64,000 nucleotides of DNA from Klebsormidium nitens (lineage: Eukaryota > Plantae > Klebsormidiophyceae), in contig DF237029.1 of the NCBI GenBank assembly GCA_000708835.1, forward strand, positions 169,527 through 233,526, in the 5' to 3' direction. Position 1 is the stretch's first letter; each line of letters begins with the position of its first letter. Positions 37,157 through 50,123 of this stretch are shown piece after piece. A program made the translations under genes and the position numbers. Below the pieces are notes generated by a model. It had not been told where the DNA came from, did no database searches, and saw only the letters and a list, made by a program, of their open reading frames with translations.

Positions 37157-39403
37157 ATGGGATCCAGGGATGGACAGCGGCCAGTCGGCAGGTCCCCTTC
37201 AGTCGATGATCTGTTCGCTCCCATGCTGCAGATGCAGATGCAGGGAGATGAGGAGGACAGGAAACCAGGGCTGCATCTGCCTGATTATCCTCTGCCAGGT
37301 TCAGGAGGACCACGGCCATCAGGTAAAGGTCGGCCAAAGTGTTTGAATGTCGTGTCTGCAGGCTCAGAACCTGCGTTCTGAACAAACTTCAAAGCCTTAT
37401 TTTTGTCTCCAGTGCAGAGGAGAAGCTTGCGGCGCTGACTCTGATGTGTCCTACTGTATGGTTGTTCTGTATGTATGAGCTTCAAGGTTGACTTGTTGAT
37501 CGAGGATGGATGCATTCTGCTCCTGCTGTTCCCTTCCAAGGTCTATTTCTGACCCATGAGCTGGCTGGCATGGATGAGACACAGAGACTGGTTCTTGTTG
37601 TGCTTAGCTTGCAAGTGAGCTGTGTTGGACTTCTTTCCAATGCGTAAAAGGGGAGGCCAGTGGTAATATGAGTCGGTTTGTTTGCTCTTGTTATATGCAT
37701 GAGATTTCCTGCTGTGTTTCCTTCATCTGCTTCTTTCATCCTTCCCAGTCTGCTCTGAGGCTAGCATGTTTGATGGTACCCCAAGATGATTCACGCTTTT
37801 ACTTAGTCTTTGTTCGCCAATCTTCCTGTAGCTGTTATTATCTTGGACATTTTTGCTGGCAGCAAGTGCACCTACCCTACACATTGAGTTGTTCGAGACT
37901 CAGAATCGTCGCTTGAACGACTGGAGCACGAGGCACTGTGCTTCAGCTTAGATCCTGCACCCTTTCGTAGTTTAAAAGTGCGCCAATGTGCAAAGCACGC
38001 ACTCCTTTGGGCTACGAAAACACTTATACACCGAGTTTGGCTGCTAGCTGCCAATCGTAAAGCAGACACTGTAGTGCTTGGGCACTCATCATGGCAATCA
38101 GTTGCAAAAGAAGCTGCCCAGAGGCCCGATGATTTCTTCCTACTGCGAGCAGTTTCGTTTGTGCTTGAAATTCTTCACTTAGTGGTGACCTTCTCATCAG
38201 TGCCCGCTTTGCAGTGGAAGGCGGACAGTGATTGGCCACGCGCCAACTTGTGCCTTTTGCACTCTAGCAAGCCACGCTACTTCGTTTTCTTGCACAATAG
38301 CAAAAGTGCCTGACGCATAAGCATATTCGCATTCAAAAGGTCAGTCAACCTATGAGGCAATCAAAATCTTGCATGCCGGTCTCAACCCCTGTCTCTTCTC
38401 CCAGGTGGCAACTACAGCAGCATCCCGCCCAACACCTCTCCCCGCCCCTCTGCGGCCGACAATGCCAGTTCCCTGATGCCCCCCCCCAGCACCAGCCGCT
38501 ACACTTCAGCCGCTGGGCCCCCTCCCCCCCAGGACAGCGGCCAGTTCCGGGACGCAAAGTCTCCTCAAGCCGGTGAGATCACGGCTGCTGGGGAGCACCC
38601 GCGCAAAGTGGCGGAGGGCCTGCACGACGGCCGGTTGTCCAACCCGACATCGGATGATGACGGAGGGTTGGGCCAGGAGGGATCCGATGAGCGGAAGCAG
38701 AAGAGGATGCTGTCCAACAGGGAGTCGGCGCGCAGGTCCAGGATGAGGAAGCAGCAGCATCTCGATGAGCTCAAGGCACAGGTGGGGCGCATTGCCTCCT
38801 TGTGGACGGGGACACAGCAGGATGAGTGTGTTTTAATGGTGGATCTCAAGGCAGCAGCCATGGAGTAGAAGGTGGATGAGTCCAAGAGCAGGGTTGCAGC
38901 CTGGTTTGTCTGCATTGACGCTTTATAGGGCGTCTACTTGAGGGCTTTCATTGAGGCGGAGGCCTGACACTGCATCAAGCTGTCCATCAAGGGGCTGCGT
39001 GGCAATTGGCTGCCAGTAATTGTGCTCAGTATGACGTTGCAAAATTCAACGTGCTTACCTCTTTTGGCCAGTACAGAGTTGCATGCTGCTCTGAATCTCT
39101 GTGCCTCTACACGAATCCAGGGCTCGGACTGCCCAGCGATCCGCATCTCTTGCTTCAGCATTTTGGATGCACTTCCGAAGTATCTCCACTTGCATCGTCC
39201 AGGTGGCGCAATTGCGCGCAGAGAACCACCACATGGCCCAGAAGTACAGCATCGCCGCTCGGCACTACGCGCAGCTGAACGAGGAGAACCGCATGCTGCG
39301 GCACCACGCCGTTGACCTCAGCAGGACGCTCCACAGACTCGAGGCCGTCGCACGCCCAGGAATTGGCGGAATGGGAGGCGGGGGCTACCCTCATCCGAGA
39401 TGA
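37157..39403 (+). CDS. bZIP transcription factor, group C/S type, ~247 aa
   Basis: Exons 37157-37322, 38405-38781, 39203-39403 join in frame (744 nt). Basic region DERKQKRMLSNRESARRSRMRKQQHLDELKAQ|VAQLRAEN with a long zipper; N-terminal RSPSVDDLF. Exon 1 is less certain. Confidence 0.85.
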
Positions 39404-41183
39404 AAAGGCTTGGGGAGGGGGTGTGGGGTGGGTTTTGGAATGTGAATTTTGAGGTTAGCCGAGCTTCTCTGGGGGTGTGTACAGCAGAAGCCTTTGTACG
39501 TTGGGAGGTAGCGGCGGAGGAATAAGTGCGCGACGGAGGAGCCATCTCTGAGTGTCTCTGTGTTTCTCACCAACAGAATAAAGCAGCCGAAAGAAACGCG
39601 GCTGTGGTGTGATGGGGAGCAGGGAATCTTTGTTCGTAAGCCAGGTTGGTCCAGGTCATACTGGACTGATGGGAAGCCACTGGCAGCTTCTTCAGAGAGT
39701 GTTAGAAATGCATACCACGAGCAGCAAGGCCGGTGTAGATGCTTGTATCCAAGGCTGGGCCATCCTGCAAGTGAGTCTGGGAGGTTTTCGAGAAGAGATG
39801 CTTTGCGTAGGGGCAAGCAGCAGTAACGTAATGGTTTTTGCTTATACACAACGACTAGTATGCACGTAATGACTCGAGGACGTACTTAGATTAGAGAGGA
39901 AGCGAACCGCTTGTTGGCAAGTCCGCTGATCCAAGCAGCAGCAATCGATGGTGCACCAGCTTTTCCAGCTTCTTCCGTAGCTTGTACAGCCTTGAAGATG
40001 GAACCGTCTTGAGAGCAGCGAGTGCCAACTTGCTGGGTGAGAAGCCGCAACCAAGCAGTCTTATACTAGTCAAATGTACGTTTCAAATACTCCTTTCAAA
40101 ATCTTGACATGTGTTAATAGAACATCGGCCTTATCCAAGAAGCTGCAATCTTCGACTTCCTGATGTGAATCTCGGTGCTGCTTCGCTTCTAACATTGCTT
40201 GATTGCTGTGCGTGTCAAATGAGGCCACCAGCTTCCCAATTGTATCATTCTGATTCATCTCACTGAATCAAGCATGCATGTGTAACATAGGTAGAGGTGA
40301 AGCTGCATCAATTCGGTGACAATGATGGCTCGTCTATCCATATCAAAGAACATGCACGCGGCACTCGCGCAAGCTCAGTCCATGCATTTGGAGTTCATTT
40401 GCATCTTGATTCGTTTAGGTTTACTTCGAAGTCACTGCATGCATCATTACTTCTGTTGAAGTAGGACCGTCCGACGTGCGGCCTCCTTCGAAATCTCCCG
40501 CGTTTAATTGCCGACTAGCTAGGACCGTCTGTTTATAAGCATCACATGCCGCAGACTACGTACAACCGACTAGGGGCCGCCGCCCGTGCCCGAAGCCCAT
40601 GTATATAAGTGCATGAGTCACTGACTCGCACAAAGTACTACGTACAGGCCGGCCTTGACACGGTTGCTCTGAGTCGATATATCTTTAATGGGCAGACATG
40701 CCAGTGACTGGCTAGGGATTGCGAAGTTCGGCTATACCTGTGTCACTTCGTTGTACAATTCAAGCAGAGTAGCTCAATTCTTTATCAGGCAACATGTAGC
40801 GCACTTCTCAGCACATGGCGAACTTAAACCAATCCTACTATCCTGTTCCATGAACTTGCACCGGATCAAGGGCGCCGCCCTGCTGGCCCTGGGTCAGATC
40901 AACATGTGTTGCGAGCATCTCAGAAGTCGTGCAATAACACTTTCTTATAATCTCAGTGTACACATGTTCCCGAGAAAGTGACTCATGGTCCATGCTTCAA
41001 AGGACATAGCCTCCGAGATTTTGAGTGACCAGAGTGGATTGGCTGCACCTGCGGTTCGCACGGGTGCCCGTGCACTTTGGACGACGCAAATTCCGCCACT
41101 GCCTGGCAAGTCTGAGGCGGCTGAAGATTGTGCAACCAGCAAGTAGCACAACTGTTTTTGTAAAAGCAATGAATCTTTTCTTG

Positions 41184-44100
41184 CTACAGCCCTGTCAGCT
41201 TTTGCCGCGGGTCCTTCAGCAAACTGTTCATCTGCATAGTCCTATTCCGAAGAGCCGCAACGCTCCCCTCGCGCCTCCCTGCGAGCAGCGTATTCAGCTC
41301 AGCCTCGGCCTTCAGATTCGGGAAGACCAACCTAGCTTGCCCCGCCGAAGCTTCAGTCCCCTCTCCTCCCCCCCTCCCACTTCCCCCCTCTGCACTCCCC
41401 CCCTCTTCAGAATTCAACGTTGCCGGAAACCGCGCAGGTGGGAGGAAGAACTCCCGGCGGATCTCCTCAGCTGTGGGCAGCAACCGTTCCGTTCCGTTCC
41501 CCGGCTCCGCCTCCTCCTTCGGATCGCTCATCGCGTCCCGCGCGTCGGGCCCCGTCATCAGCGGCGGCACCGCCGCGACCGCCCGTAAACCCCAAACCCT
41601 GGAACCCTTCCTTTCGCCGCTCAGGCTCGTCGGCCCAGGTAACAGCGCGACCGCGCTCGCGGAGCCTACTTCTTGTGACGTCAGCGAGTCGTGGTACGGC
41701 TGTTCTACCGGTCGGATGAGGTGGTCGAGATCCCGTCCCCAGGAGGGGAGCATAGGCGCGAGCGCGGGCGGGTCGAGCATGGCGGTCGCGGGGATGGAGG
41801 CGGGGTTTAAGGGTTTAAGGACGTCCGGAAGAGGGTGGTCCGCAACTGAGGGCGGTAGGATGTACGCAGGACCTGCAGAAGGGGAGGTGGAGAGACCCGT
41901 TGGATTGGTGCCACTTGGAGCAAGTAAATCATCTCATCCAATCTGGCAAGGGCAAGAGTCAACAAGCTTTTTCAACATGGTAGTTCTGTTGCCGAGCAGA
42001 TACGAGCAGCGTTCAAGTAACTCTTGTCCGCCCTTTCAGAAGTGGCCTCTGGCGGCTCGAAAAAACCTCCGGCGGAATCCAACGAATCCATCAACAGCGA
42101 GACTGCCAAGTGTGGACATTTCACCACATAAAACTGAAGCAGGAAGCAAATGCGCACGAAGCACTCGTATGAGCACAAGTGGCCACCAAGCAGGGTGTGC
42201 GCAGCCGCGCTTGAAAGCTCGCACGTCTGAAAATTCCAGAAGAGGGGGGTTCGTACCAGGCAGGAAGTTCTCTTCCTCTGCCCCCCCGAGCAGAGGCTGG
42301 TGCTGCATGAGGGGCACGTGGCTGCTGATGGGTGGGAAAGGCTGCGGTTTGTACCCCATCAGATTGCAACGGAGGGGCTCCTGCATGCGCAAAGTCCGAC
42401 GAACGTCAGCCAGCGTATAGGATACGAGCATGGGAAGGTCCAAAGTGCGCGCGTCATGCTTGGATGGTCAAACTCATCCAAATTGACGAACGGTGTGGCG
42501 AAGACAAGGGACAGAAATTGTTGACGCTGTCGGAGGGGCCGCACTTGAGAGCAGCTGAACTCATGGCAGACTCTCCTTACCTGCCGCCTTCTACTCTTCG
42601 GAGTGGTCTGATACTAGCAGACTTCCTCTGTCAGATGAGCAGAACCCAGCATCGATCGCTCCTGCTTATATGAATACGAGCAGGAACCATCCGCGGCAAT
42701 CATCCCACCGGAACAAAACCTGATGGCGGTGGAGATTGAATCCTTTTCCTCTGCAACGGCCAGAGTTAGCCAAACAAGAACAAGCAAACGTCACATAAAA
42801 ACGGGTCGCGGAAATACGTATTTGCTCCTTCGGTCATTCACCTTCAGCGGCAGCGGCTCGAGCGCGTCGAACTCTGCCACCTCAGGAACTTCCACCGGGG
42901 CATACTCCCGGGCACTCCCTTCCTCCCGCCGGTCTGGAAAGCGGCCGTCCTGAATCACCCATCGACCAGTATCCAGAATCGCCGAGACGCTTTCGTTGAA
43001 ACCGCCAACGTTTAGAGCTGGGTTGGTGCTCCGGCTTCCGTCGACTAGGGCAGCGACGCCGGAACTCGTTCCCCCGGCTTCCCGTATGCACGACTGGAGG
43101 GCGCTCAAGCGGCGCTGCGCGCGGTTCCGGTAGATGACCTGGAGTTTAAGGAGACGGGTTAAAGTTGGCTTATGGTTAAGGGCACGAATTCTATTTTCAA
43201 TGGCCTTTTTAGAACAGTCTTTCGTTCAGTCCTTCAGCCGGAAACCAGGACAGACGAAAGTGGACCGTATTTTGGCTGAAAAAGAGGTCGAGGATGATGG
43301 GTTTACAGCTCTTCCACCCGGTCCATTCTTCAGAGCATATTCTACGTTGGGATCCGTAAGTGAGAAAGAAAAGGAGGCCAAGGGCTTGAGAAGATCGGGA
43401 CGGTGCGCGCAGGAAGTTCAATACAGAGACTGAGGTCAGGCTCAGGGAAGCCCTGCACAACGTCGGGGAGAAAGCCTAACGCGGATCAGAAATGGACTGT
43501 GTCAAAGCATGAACGGCGTCAAAGTGACAGTTCGCAAGGCCGATCTGGACGGCTATCCTGGAGCTGGCCCCGTTCAAGTGAACCTGCTTCCGCGCGCAGA
43601 TTGGTCCACGTGTCGGAGGAGAAAAAAGCTCGAGCCGAGCAGACGAAACACGGCGGAAGGGAAGCCTATGCGAATCATGCTTCATGCGAAGTTGGAACCG
43701 GATCTCCGGTCCACCCCTTCGGACTTGAGCGATCGGATGGCAGAGAATATCAAAATTGAAGAGGGCTACTAACAATAGTATTCTCTGTTGGTGTGGGAAG
43801 CTCAGAAGATTTGGCCATGAGATAGGTGTAGTCAACGTCAGACTCACCGTGCGGACCGTGTGAATAAACTTCTCCAGCGCCTGCGCCCGCTTGTGCCACG
43901 TGTCGCTCTTGTAAACATTCCAGTCGGGCACGTGCCCGCGCAAGAGGTCCTCCCCGAGGACACGCGTCGCCCTCTGGCCGTCCCGGTTCACCGCGACGGC
44001 GCGCCGCTCCCGCGCCTCCGCGGCCGTGAGCTCGTCTTGCGCGGCCGCTGCCGCCAGCCGGGCTCGCTTCACCGCTGAGAGCAAGCAACGTCAAGGGTAA

Positions 44101-47100
44101 ACTACCGAATCTCGGAATTATCCAATTCCGGACGGGCGCACCCTGGACCGAATTTCGGGCATACTGATCACAGTCTAGAAACTACTTCTTTAGAGGTTCT
44201 GCTGACGTCAGTACCATTACGGCAAGCCCGAAACAAAACGTGATGTTCCGGCCGTCATGCAAAACCGACTGAAACAGATCGTCCGATATTCGATCGAGGC
44301 TTCCCCGTCCGAAAGTGGATGTTCCGAAATTGGTAGTTCTCCCTTATTTGTTAGAGATTCGGAGATGGGGTCATGAGCCGAACTTAGTCCAAAAAGGGAG
44401 CAGGAAGCATGTTTCAAAAGATGTCACGTTCCTTCACTTGCCCACCCACGATGTTCGCTGCCGTTTCCCCACGGAGACTTGTTTTACCACACCAAACCTC
44501 CTCTTCATCAAATCACATTTCGCTGCTGCTGCAGTCGACCACCTCTTGCCTGGACTCGTAGTAAAGATCACACAACTTTCAAACTCTTTCTTACAGCCCC
44601 ATTGCATTTCCCCTGCAGTCCCTCACCCTCAACCCGCGCTCAGCAGGTCTTCACAGCCCACTCGTTTACATAGCCACATCTTCCTTTTCCCTGCAGTTCC
44701 TCACTTCCAATCTGGGCTTCCGTCAGCAGATCTTCACATCCTACTCTTTCCATAACCATCTTTTTCCTTAAGCCTGCGGTCCCTCACCTTCGATCTGGGC
44801 TTCCGTGAGCAGGTCTTCCCCGAGCGCGACGCAGAAGCGCAGCTCCTTTTCCCGGTCCGCCCGCAGCTTCTCCTTGAGCTCCGCCTCGAACACCGCGCGC
44901 TTCACCTGTGCGCTCGCTGCCGCGTCGTCCAGCACGCCCAGCCCCGCGCGGCCCGACGCCTGCGGGGGTCCCGAGAATTGAGCGGTTTACGTCTAGTCTT
45001 GTCTGCTTCTTTTTCTCGTTTCTCGAGAATCGTAACTCGTGAAAGAATTGTTGAAATGGGAGTCAAAGCTCTCTAGGCTCTTGCAAAACCAAAACCTTTT
45101 GAAAACTCAAGAAAATGGAGTGTAATCAAGATTTTGCAAAGCCGCTATCCCCTTCGATACGTTACCTTAGATCCTTCTCCTGGTGAAGGCGCCACGTAGC
45201 CGCACGAAAGACGGACCCTGCCGCACGCTGACAGAGAGAGACCGGTCGGAACGGGGCGCCGGAAAAGGAGCGGACGCCGGAATTCGGGCTAGGGGCGGAC
45301 CGGATTTCTAAACAGGATTTTATAAGGACAGAGAGTTTGGCGCAAAATGAAAGCAAGCCAAACGAAAGAAGGGCGCCATAAAAAGAGAGATAGGATAGCG
45401 CCGCCGAATAGCAGAATAATCTTCCTGAAACTAGTTAGCAGGCTGAGGCCTCGTTCGTGACCACAAATCAGTCACACAAATGGGCGCACCTTGCCCGAGG
45501 CCGTGACGGCCTGCATGCGCGCGCGGTCCTGCCGCTGCCGCTCGATGGCCGCCTTGAGGTCCTTGATGCGGAGCTTGCCGGGCTGGGGAAGGGAGAAAAC
45601 GTGGGAACGTCACGCTGACGTCACGAGACGTGCTGGTATGCGACGCACAACTTCCGTTCACCTGTTCGGTTTTTGAACTTCTCAACTTCCTTATGACCAA
45701 GTAGCGCTTGCGTAATACGTTGACCGAGATGCTGAGGCGAGGCGTTTCAAGCTTGAGGATTAGGTGAAGCTTAGAGACAGAGCGCTTTGATGACGTCAGC
45801 CCTGTCGGCATCGCTTACAATCGACTTTCTGTGGCTTCCAAGGTTGTCGATGAAGCAGAACGGACTCGGGCCCAAAACGAAGTCCACCCTCCTAACCGCC
45901 AGATTTATCCATTAGTCATGATCGTTTGGTTACCGCTTCTGCTTGGCCAAAGCGCATTTAGCGTGCTTCAGCGGACCGCATTCCCTTAGGCAGGATTCCT
46001 GCTTCCTAACAAGCGCACGGAACTTTGAACGCGGTGAAAAACCAACCTGCTGTTGAAGGACGTACGAGACCGCTGCGTGGGAGTTGAGATCGTACGGGAG
46101 CCGCAGGCCGTCGATCTCCTCCTCGACCTCGTCATCATCCGCCACGTGTCCCATTGCCTTGGGCGCTGCGCCGGTGCTCCGCTGCAATCGTGCGGTCTCG
46201 CGGTCAGCCTGCACACAAAGGGAGCCACTTATTTTTGGGAATGAGTTGAGGGGACATGTGAATCCGCATTAAGCAGGAATCTGTGTGTTCAATTTCGAAG
46301 CGAGGAAAGGAATTTTTCGCAAGGAATTTTTGCAAAAAATTCAATGCGTAGTGCCAACCAGAGCATATTTTTGCATCGGGTCTACCAATCCTATCAACTT
46401 GCCTCCTCGCAAATTGATGCCTTGGATTTTATGTTCAGCAAAAGGAACGCCAGTACCTAGTGCTTCGTGCCAAATTGCCGCAGATTGGACGACTCATCCT
46501 TGTTACTCCTACACAGCACTGCCAGCATGTGCGCGGCGACCAGGGACGCGGTCGGAAAGCCTCACCTTGGCCTTGGCCCGCGTGAAGGCGTCGCCTCCCC
46601 CGGCCCCTCCCCCCGACCACTTGGGCTTTAGGGCTTTCTTCAGTGTTTCCAGAGCTAGACTCGGGCTCTGCGCAGCCCCGGTTGGACTCCCCGGGCCGAC
46701 GTCCCGCTCTAGTTCTTCGAGAAGCAACCTTGTCCTGAGAGCAGAAAGGTTGTACGACGTTGGTGTCTGTCATCAGCTAATGAAGTTCCTCTTTCACAGC
46801 CAGCCAACAACGACTTCTTTCAAATAGCTCCTTCTACGTTCTTAGCGTCAGCCAGCTCTATCAGCACGCGCAAACTTCGCCACCGCGTATGATATCAAAC
46901 GCACTCGGTGGAGGAAGTAACGGTGCGGACTGTTTATCACGTAGGAAGAAGCACAGCTCTCAGGAAGCTGCTTAGGCGTTTGTCGAACGTACTGTCTTTG
47001 AACTTGTCTAGCGACCCCTGTCGATACTCATTGCAGCCTAGATAACGCAAGACATCTATACAGTGATCTCCAATGTGAAGGGAATCAAGCCTTAATCTAC

Positions 47101-49811
47101 CTGCATTTGTTACTCACGAGCGCCCAATCCGTCGTAAGGAATTCGACCGCCGAAAAGAATATGTAGCAGCATCGTCCACCGGAAAAGGATTGTGCAAGCA
47201 TTTCCTCTCCCTACCTAGTTTCTCCAGTCACGCCAGTCCCCACAATGGTTGCGACAAACGGCACGAAGTTAAACTGGGCGACCCGTACTTGGACGTCGAT
47301 TGAGTACGTCATCGGGCGCGCCGGCGCGAAGCGGACCTGGATGCTGACGTGGCCGTTGGCAGGAACGAGACCTGGGGGCGGAAGCAAGACATCGAAGAGT
47401 TGGCCACTGGAGCTATTTAAAGGTAAGAGATAAACTTTGCAAGAAAGGTGTCATGCTGAAGGTAACGAACTGAGCAAAGTGATATTTTCGTCGACTTTGC
47501 TGTCAAAAGCGAAGAGTCACGAAGAAGCAGCTGCTGATCGGCTGTGGTTACGAGGCCGCGCAAACAAACGGACCCCAAGTGAAGTACTTCTCTGGTCCGT
47601 TTGAAGCGATATTGAGTCAATCTTGCAAAACATGGGCACAATCCGGATGAATGCAGGCGGCTAGAACGAGCACACCGGACAGAGACTCCCAAAATCTCGA
47701 AACAATAATTCTTGAAAACTTCTTTCCATTTATAAGATCTTTTATTAGTTTTATCTGATTGTGGATTATTATGAAAAAGAAAGAGACTGTTGGGTCACCT
47801 TTGGAGGGGCTGATGCTGAGCTCCGGCAGGGGGTTGGCCACTGTGAGCTCGAACTCGAACTGGATAGGCACTTCGCATTCCAGCCGAACTTCTCGTACCC
47901 GGCTGCACAAGCAGGACAAGCTAGTCAGCCAGTCTGTTTTACACGGGTTCGTTTCGTCGTCTTAAGCTTTTTTTGGGCCTTGAAGACGAAGACAGTCGGC
48001 TTGCTGAGAAGGGCAAGCAAACGAAGCAACTCAAGCAATACAAGCGTTTAACCGCAGAGCTGGTTCCCCAACTTCAGAGTGGGATTGTGGGTGCGAAAAC
48101 AAACAGTTTGCTCGGACCATCTTTTGAGAAACTGGAAGCGGCCACTTGAGGTCCACTTCGGAGTTCCATCTGCAAGGCCAGATGACATCATCGCCTAACC
48201 CACCATAGTTTCCTGCTTTGCGGTGCGCTTCCGATCAGACGAGAAGTCCACTTGTCATCTAGAGTGTCCTGCCAACGCCTCCGTTAGCCTGATGCTACTT
48301 CTTCGCGCCTTCGAAGCAAATTTTCTCCAAGCAAATTACAGTGCTCACCAGTCCCCCAGGTCACAGTAGCCGAGGTCCACCCGCTTGGGAAAGACGACCT
48401 GGTTGAGGACGGGGTACCCGTGCAGCGGGACGATCAGGTTCTCGTCCTCCGTGTGCAGCTTGATGACGTCATGGTAGTATTGCCATTCTTGCGGCCGAAA
48501 CTCCACCGTGAGCTCCTCCGCCATGCCCGGGGCGAGCAGGCCCTGCAAAACAAAACGGGGTTAAGAAGTGAAGAACAAAGCGCGACGCCATGGGAGTGTT
48601 GCTCAACGGGAGGGATTGGGGCTTCTGAAAACGGGGGGAATGATATGCAGAGTTGTCGAGCTCTGGGGAAGAGGAGCGCCCCCTCCCGTTGTCATCTCCC
48701 GAACAATATTTACCCTGTCCTTGAGGAAGGGGAGCTGCCTTGCTGTCCTAGTTTTTGACGACTCCCTTGATTGCAATCACGGGCGCATTTGTGAGCTGAT
48801 TATGTCGGGAGACGGCCCCATCTTCAACGAGCGGTCTCTGAAGTATTTAACTTTTTTTGTCATTGGGGAGATAACTGTGGCGAATTTACGACTTGAGGAC
48901 AGAAGTACAACTTGCCCGTTGTGCTTGTTGTCCAATTTCCAACGTGTTTGTAAACAAAAGGGATCGAACGCATGGGTACACCACCTTTCCTATGCGCTCT
49001 TTCAGTCGCCCCTGATCAAACATGGGACATCAATGTTTCTTCGGGAGTCAAAAAAGCCAACTCTCTCATCGTCGCCTCAACGGCCGAATCACCCAACAAC
49101 CAGTCATCTCAACTAGTTGCCTTCTTACGGAAGAGAAAGTACATGCGCTCACCTTTTTGGTGAAGTGCACGGAAAAGAAGGGTGTGGCGGGGGGGATGAC
49201 TGTGACGCGCCGGCTGCACCCCGAGCAGTTGATGATGCGCACCACCTGGCGGTGTGTCTGGCCCACGACATAGCCCCCGAAATGGACAATGGGGGGGCTG
49301 ACCTCAAAGAATGTGTTGCTGCCAACTTTGCTGTAGACACCTGAAGAAATGGAGGGGCTCTGGTTTGAAACGTGGGGGAAGTGCATATGGAGAAAGGAAG
49401 TGACGAGACGAGGCTTCCAGATACTCAAAGCTGCATTGGATGTTTGCTTGACCGTGAGCGCGATGTCAGCTGGGGGCATCCCATGTCTAGAGCGGCTTGT
49501 GAAAAGAGCACCACAAAAAAGATTGAATGTGTAACCCAGCAGTTTATGGTGGTGAATCTGCATATGGAGAGAAGCTGCCTTCCCCCTCTGGTAACCTGCA
49601 AACATCCGAGACCGGAACATGAGTCGGCCAGCTGGGCTTTCAAGAAACCAGTTCCTGCAAGCTAGCACGAGTTAAAGATACACTTACGGTTGTTGGTCAG
49701 GGTGTTGACCACCTTCTTTGGCTCCGCTACGAAGTCGGAGAGCAGCTCCTCCATTGGCCCATGCCACTTCCCAGTCTGCGGCCCCAGAGGCCTAGTCACA
49801 GCTGCAGTCAT
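41184..49811 (-). CDS. CFAP221: CFAP221/PCDP1 central-pair ciliary protein
   Basis: Exons 49811(or 49754)-49688, 49340-49153, 48542-48349, 47902-47799, 47371-47215, 46734-46566, 46208-46047, 45582-45490, 44959-44788, 44074-43848, 43138-42842, 42380-42257, 41872-41184. Motifs VHFGGYVVGQTHRQVVRIIN, LAPGMAEELTVEFRPQEWQYYHDVIKLH..VPLHGYPVLN, LECEVPIQFEF, LMGYKPQP..GAEEE. Confidence 0.88.
44525..44830 (-). repeat. Four decaying ~80-bp units copying a CFAP221 exon end plus splice donor
   Basis: Plus-strand ctgc(g/a)gt(c/t)cctcac..atctgggcttccgt(g/c)agcag(g/a)tcttc, with donor-equivalent cac ending at 44787 (real), 44704, 44626 and 44542. Confidence 0.8.
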
Positions 49812-50100
49812 GTCGCCAGCTGGCACCAGATTCAGATTACTCAATGCGTCATGAAGAAAGGAGCGGGCTTAGCTCAGCACGTTCAAATCTCCCCCTGGGC
49901 AAGCAGACTCGGCCCACTTTACAGAATCGCAGAGCAACTTGTCAGAATGTGGAAGGGGCCAGTTCAAAGATATAGAGCTAAGGATACAAGGATCCATTCT
50001 CTGCCAAAACGCCTAGCTGTCCAAGCGGTCCTAGAAAGGAGCTAGAAAGAGCACACGTGACTACCAACAGAGAGCCTCCAACATGGTGCATGAGGCGTGA

Positions 50101-50123
50101 GGCCCAAGCTCATGAAACCCTAA
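50101..50123. promoter_or_regulatory. Site II plus telo-box in the CFAP221/DNMT3 divergent intergenic region
   Basis: GGCCCA at 50101-50106 and AAACCCTAA at 50115-50123. Confidence 0.4.

Noticed and set aside
39842-40258. Short protein-like minus-strand ORFs
   Set aside because: No recognisable family, frames are broken, and there is no splice framework.
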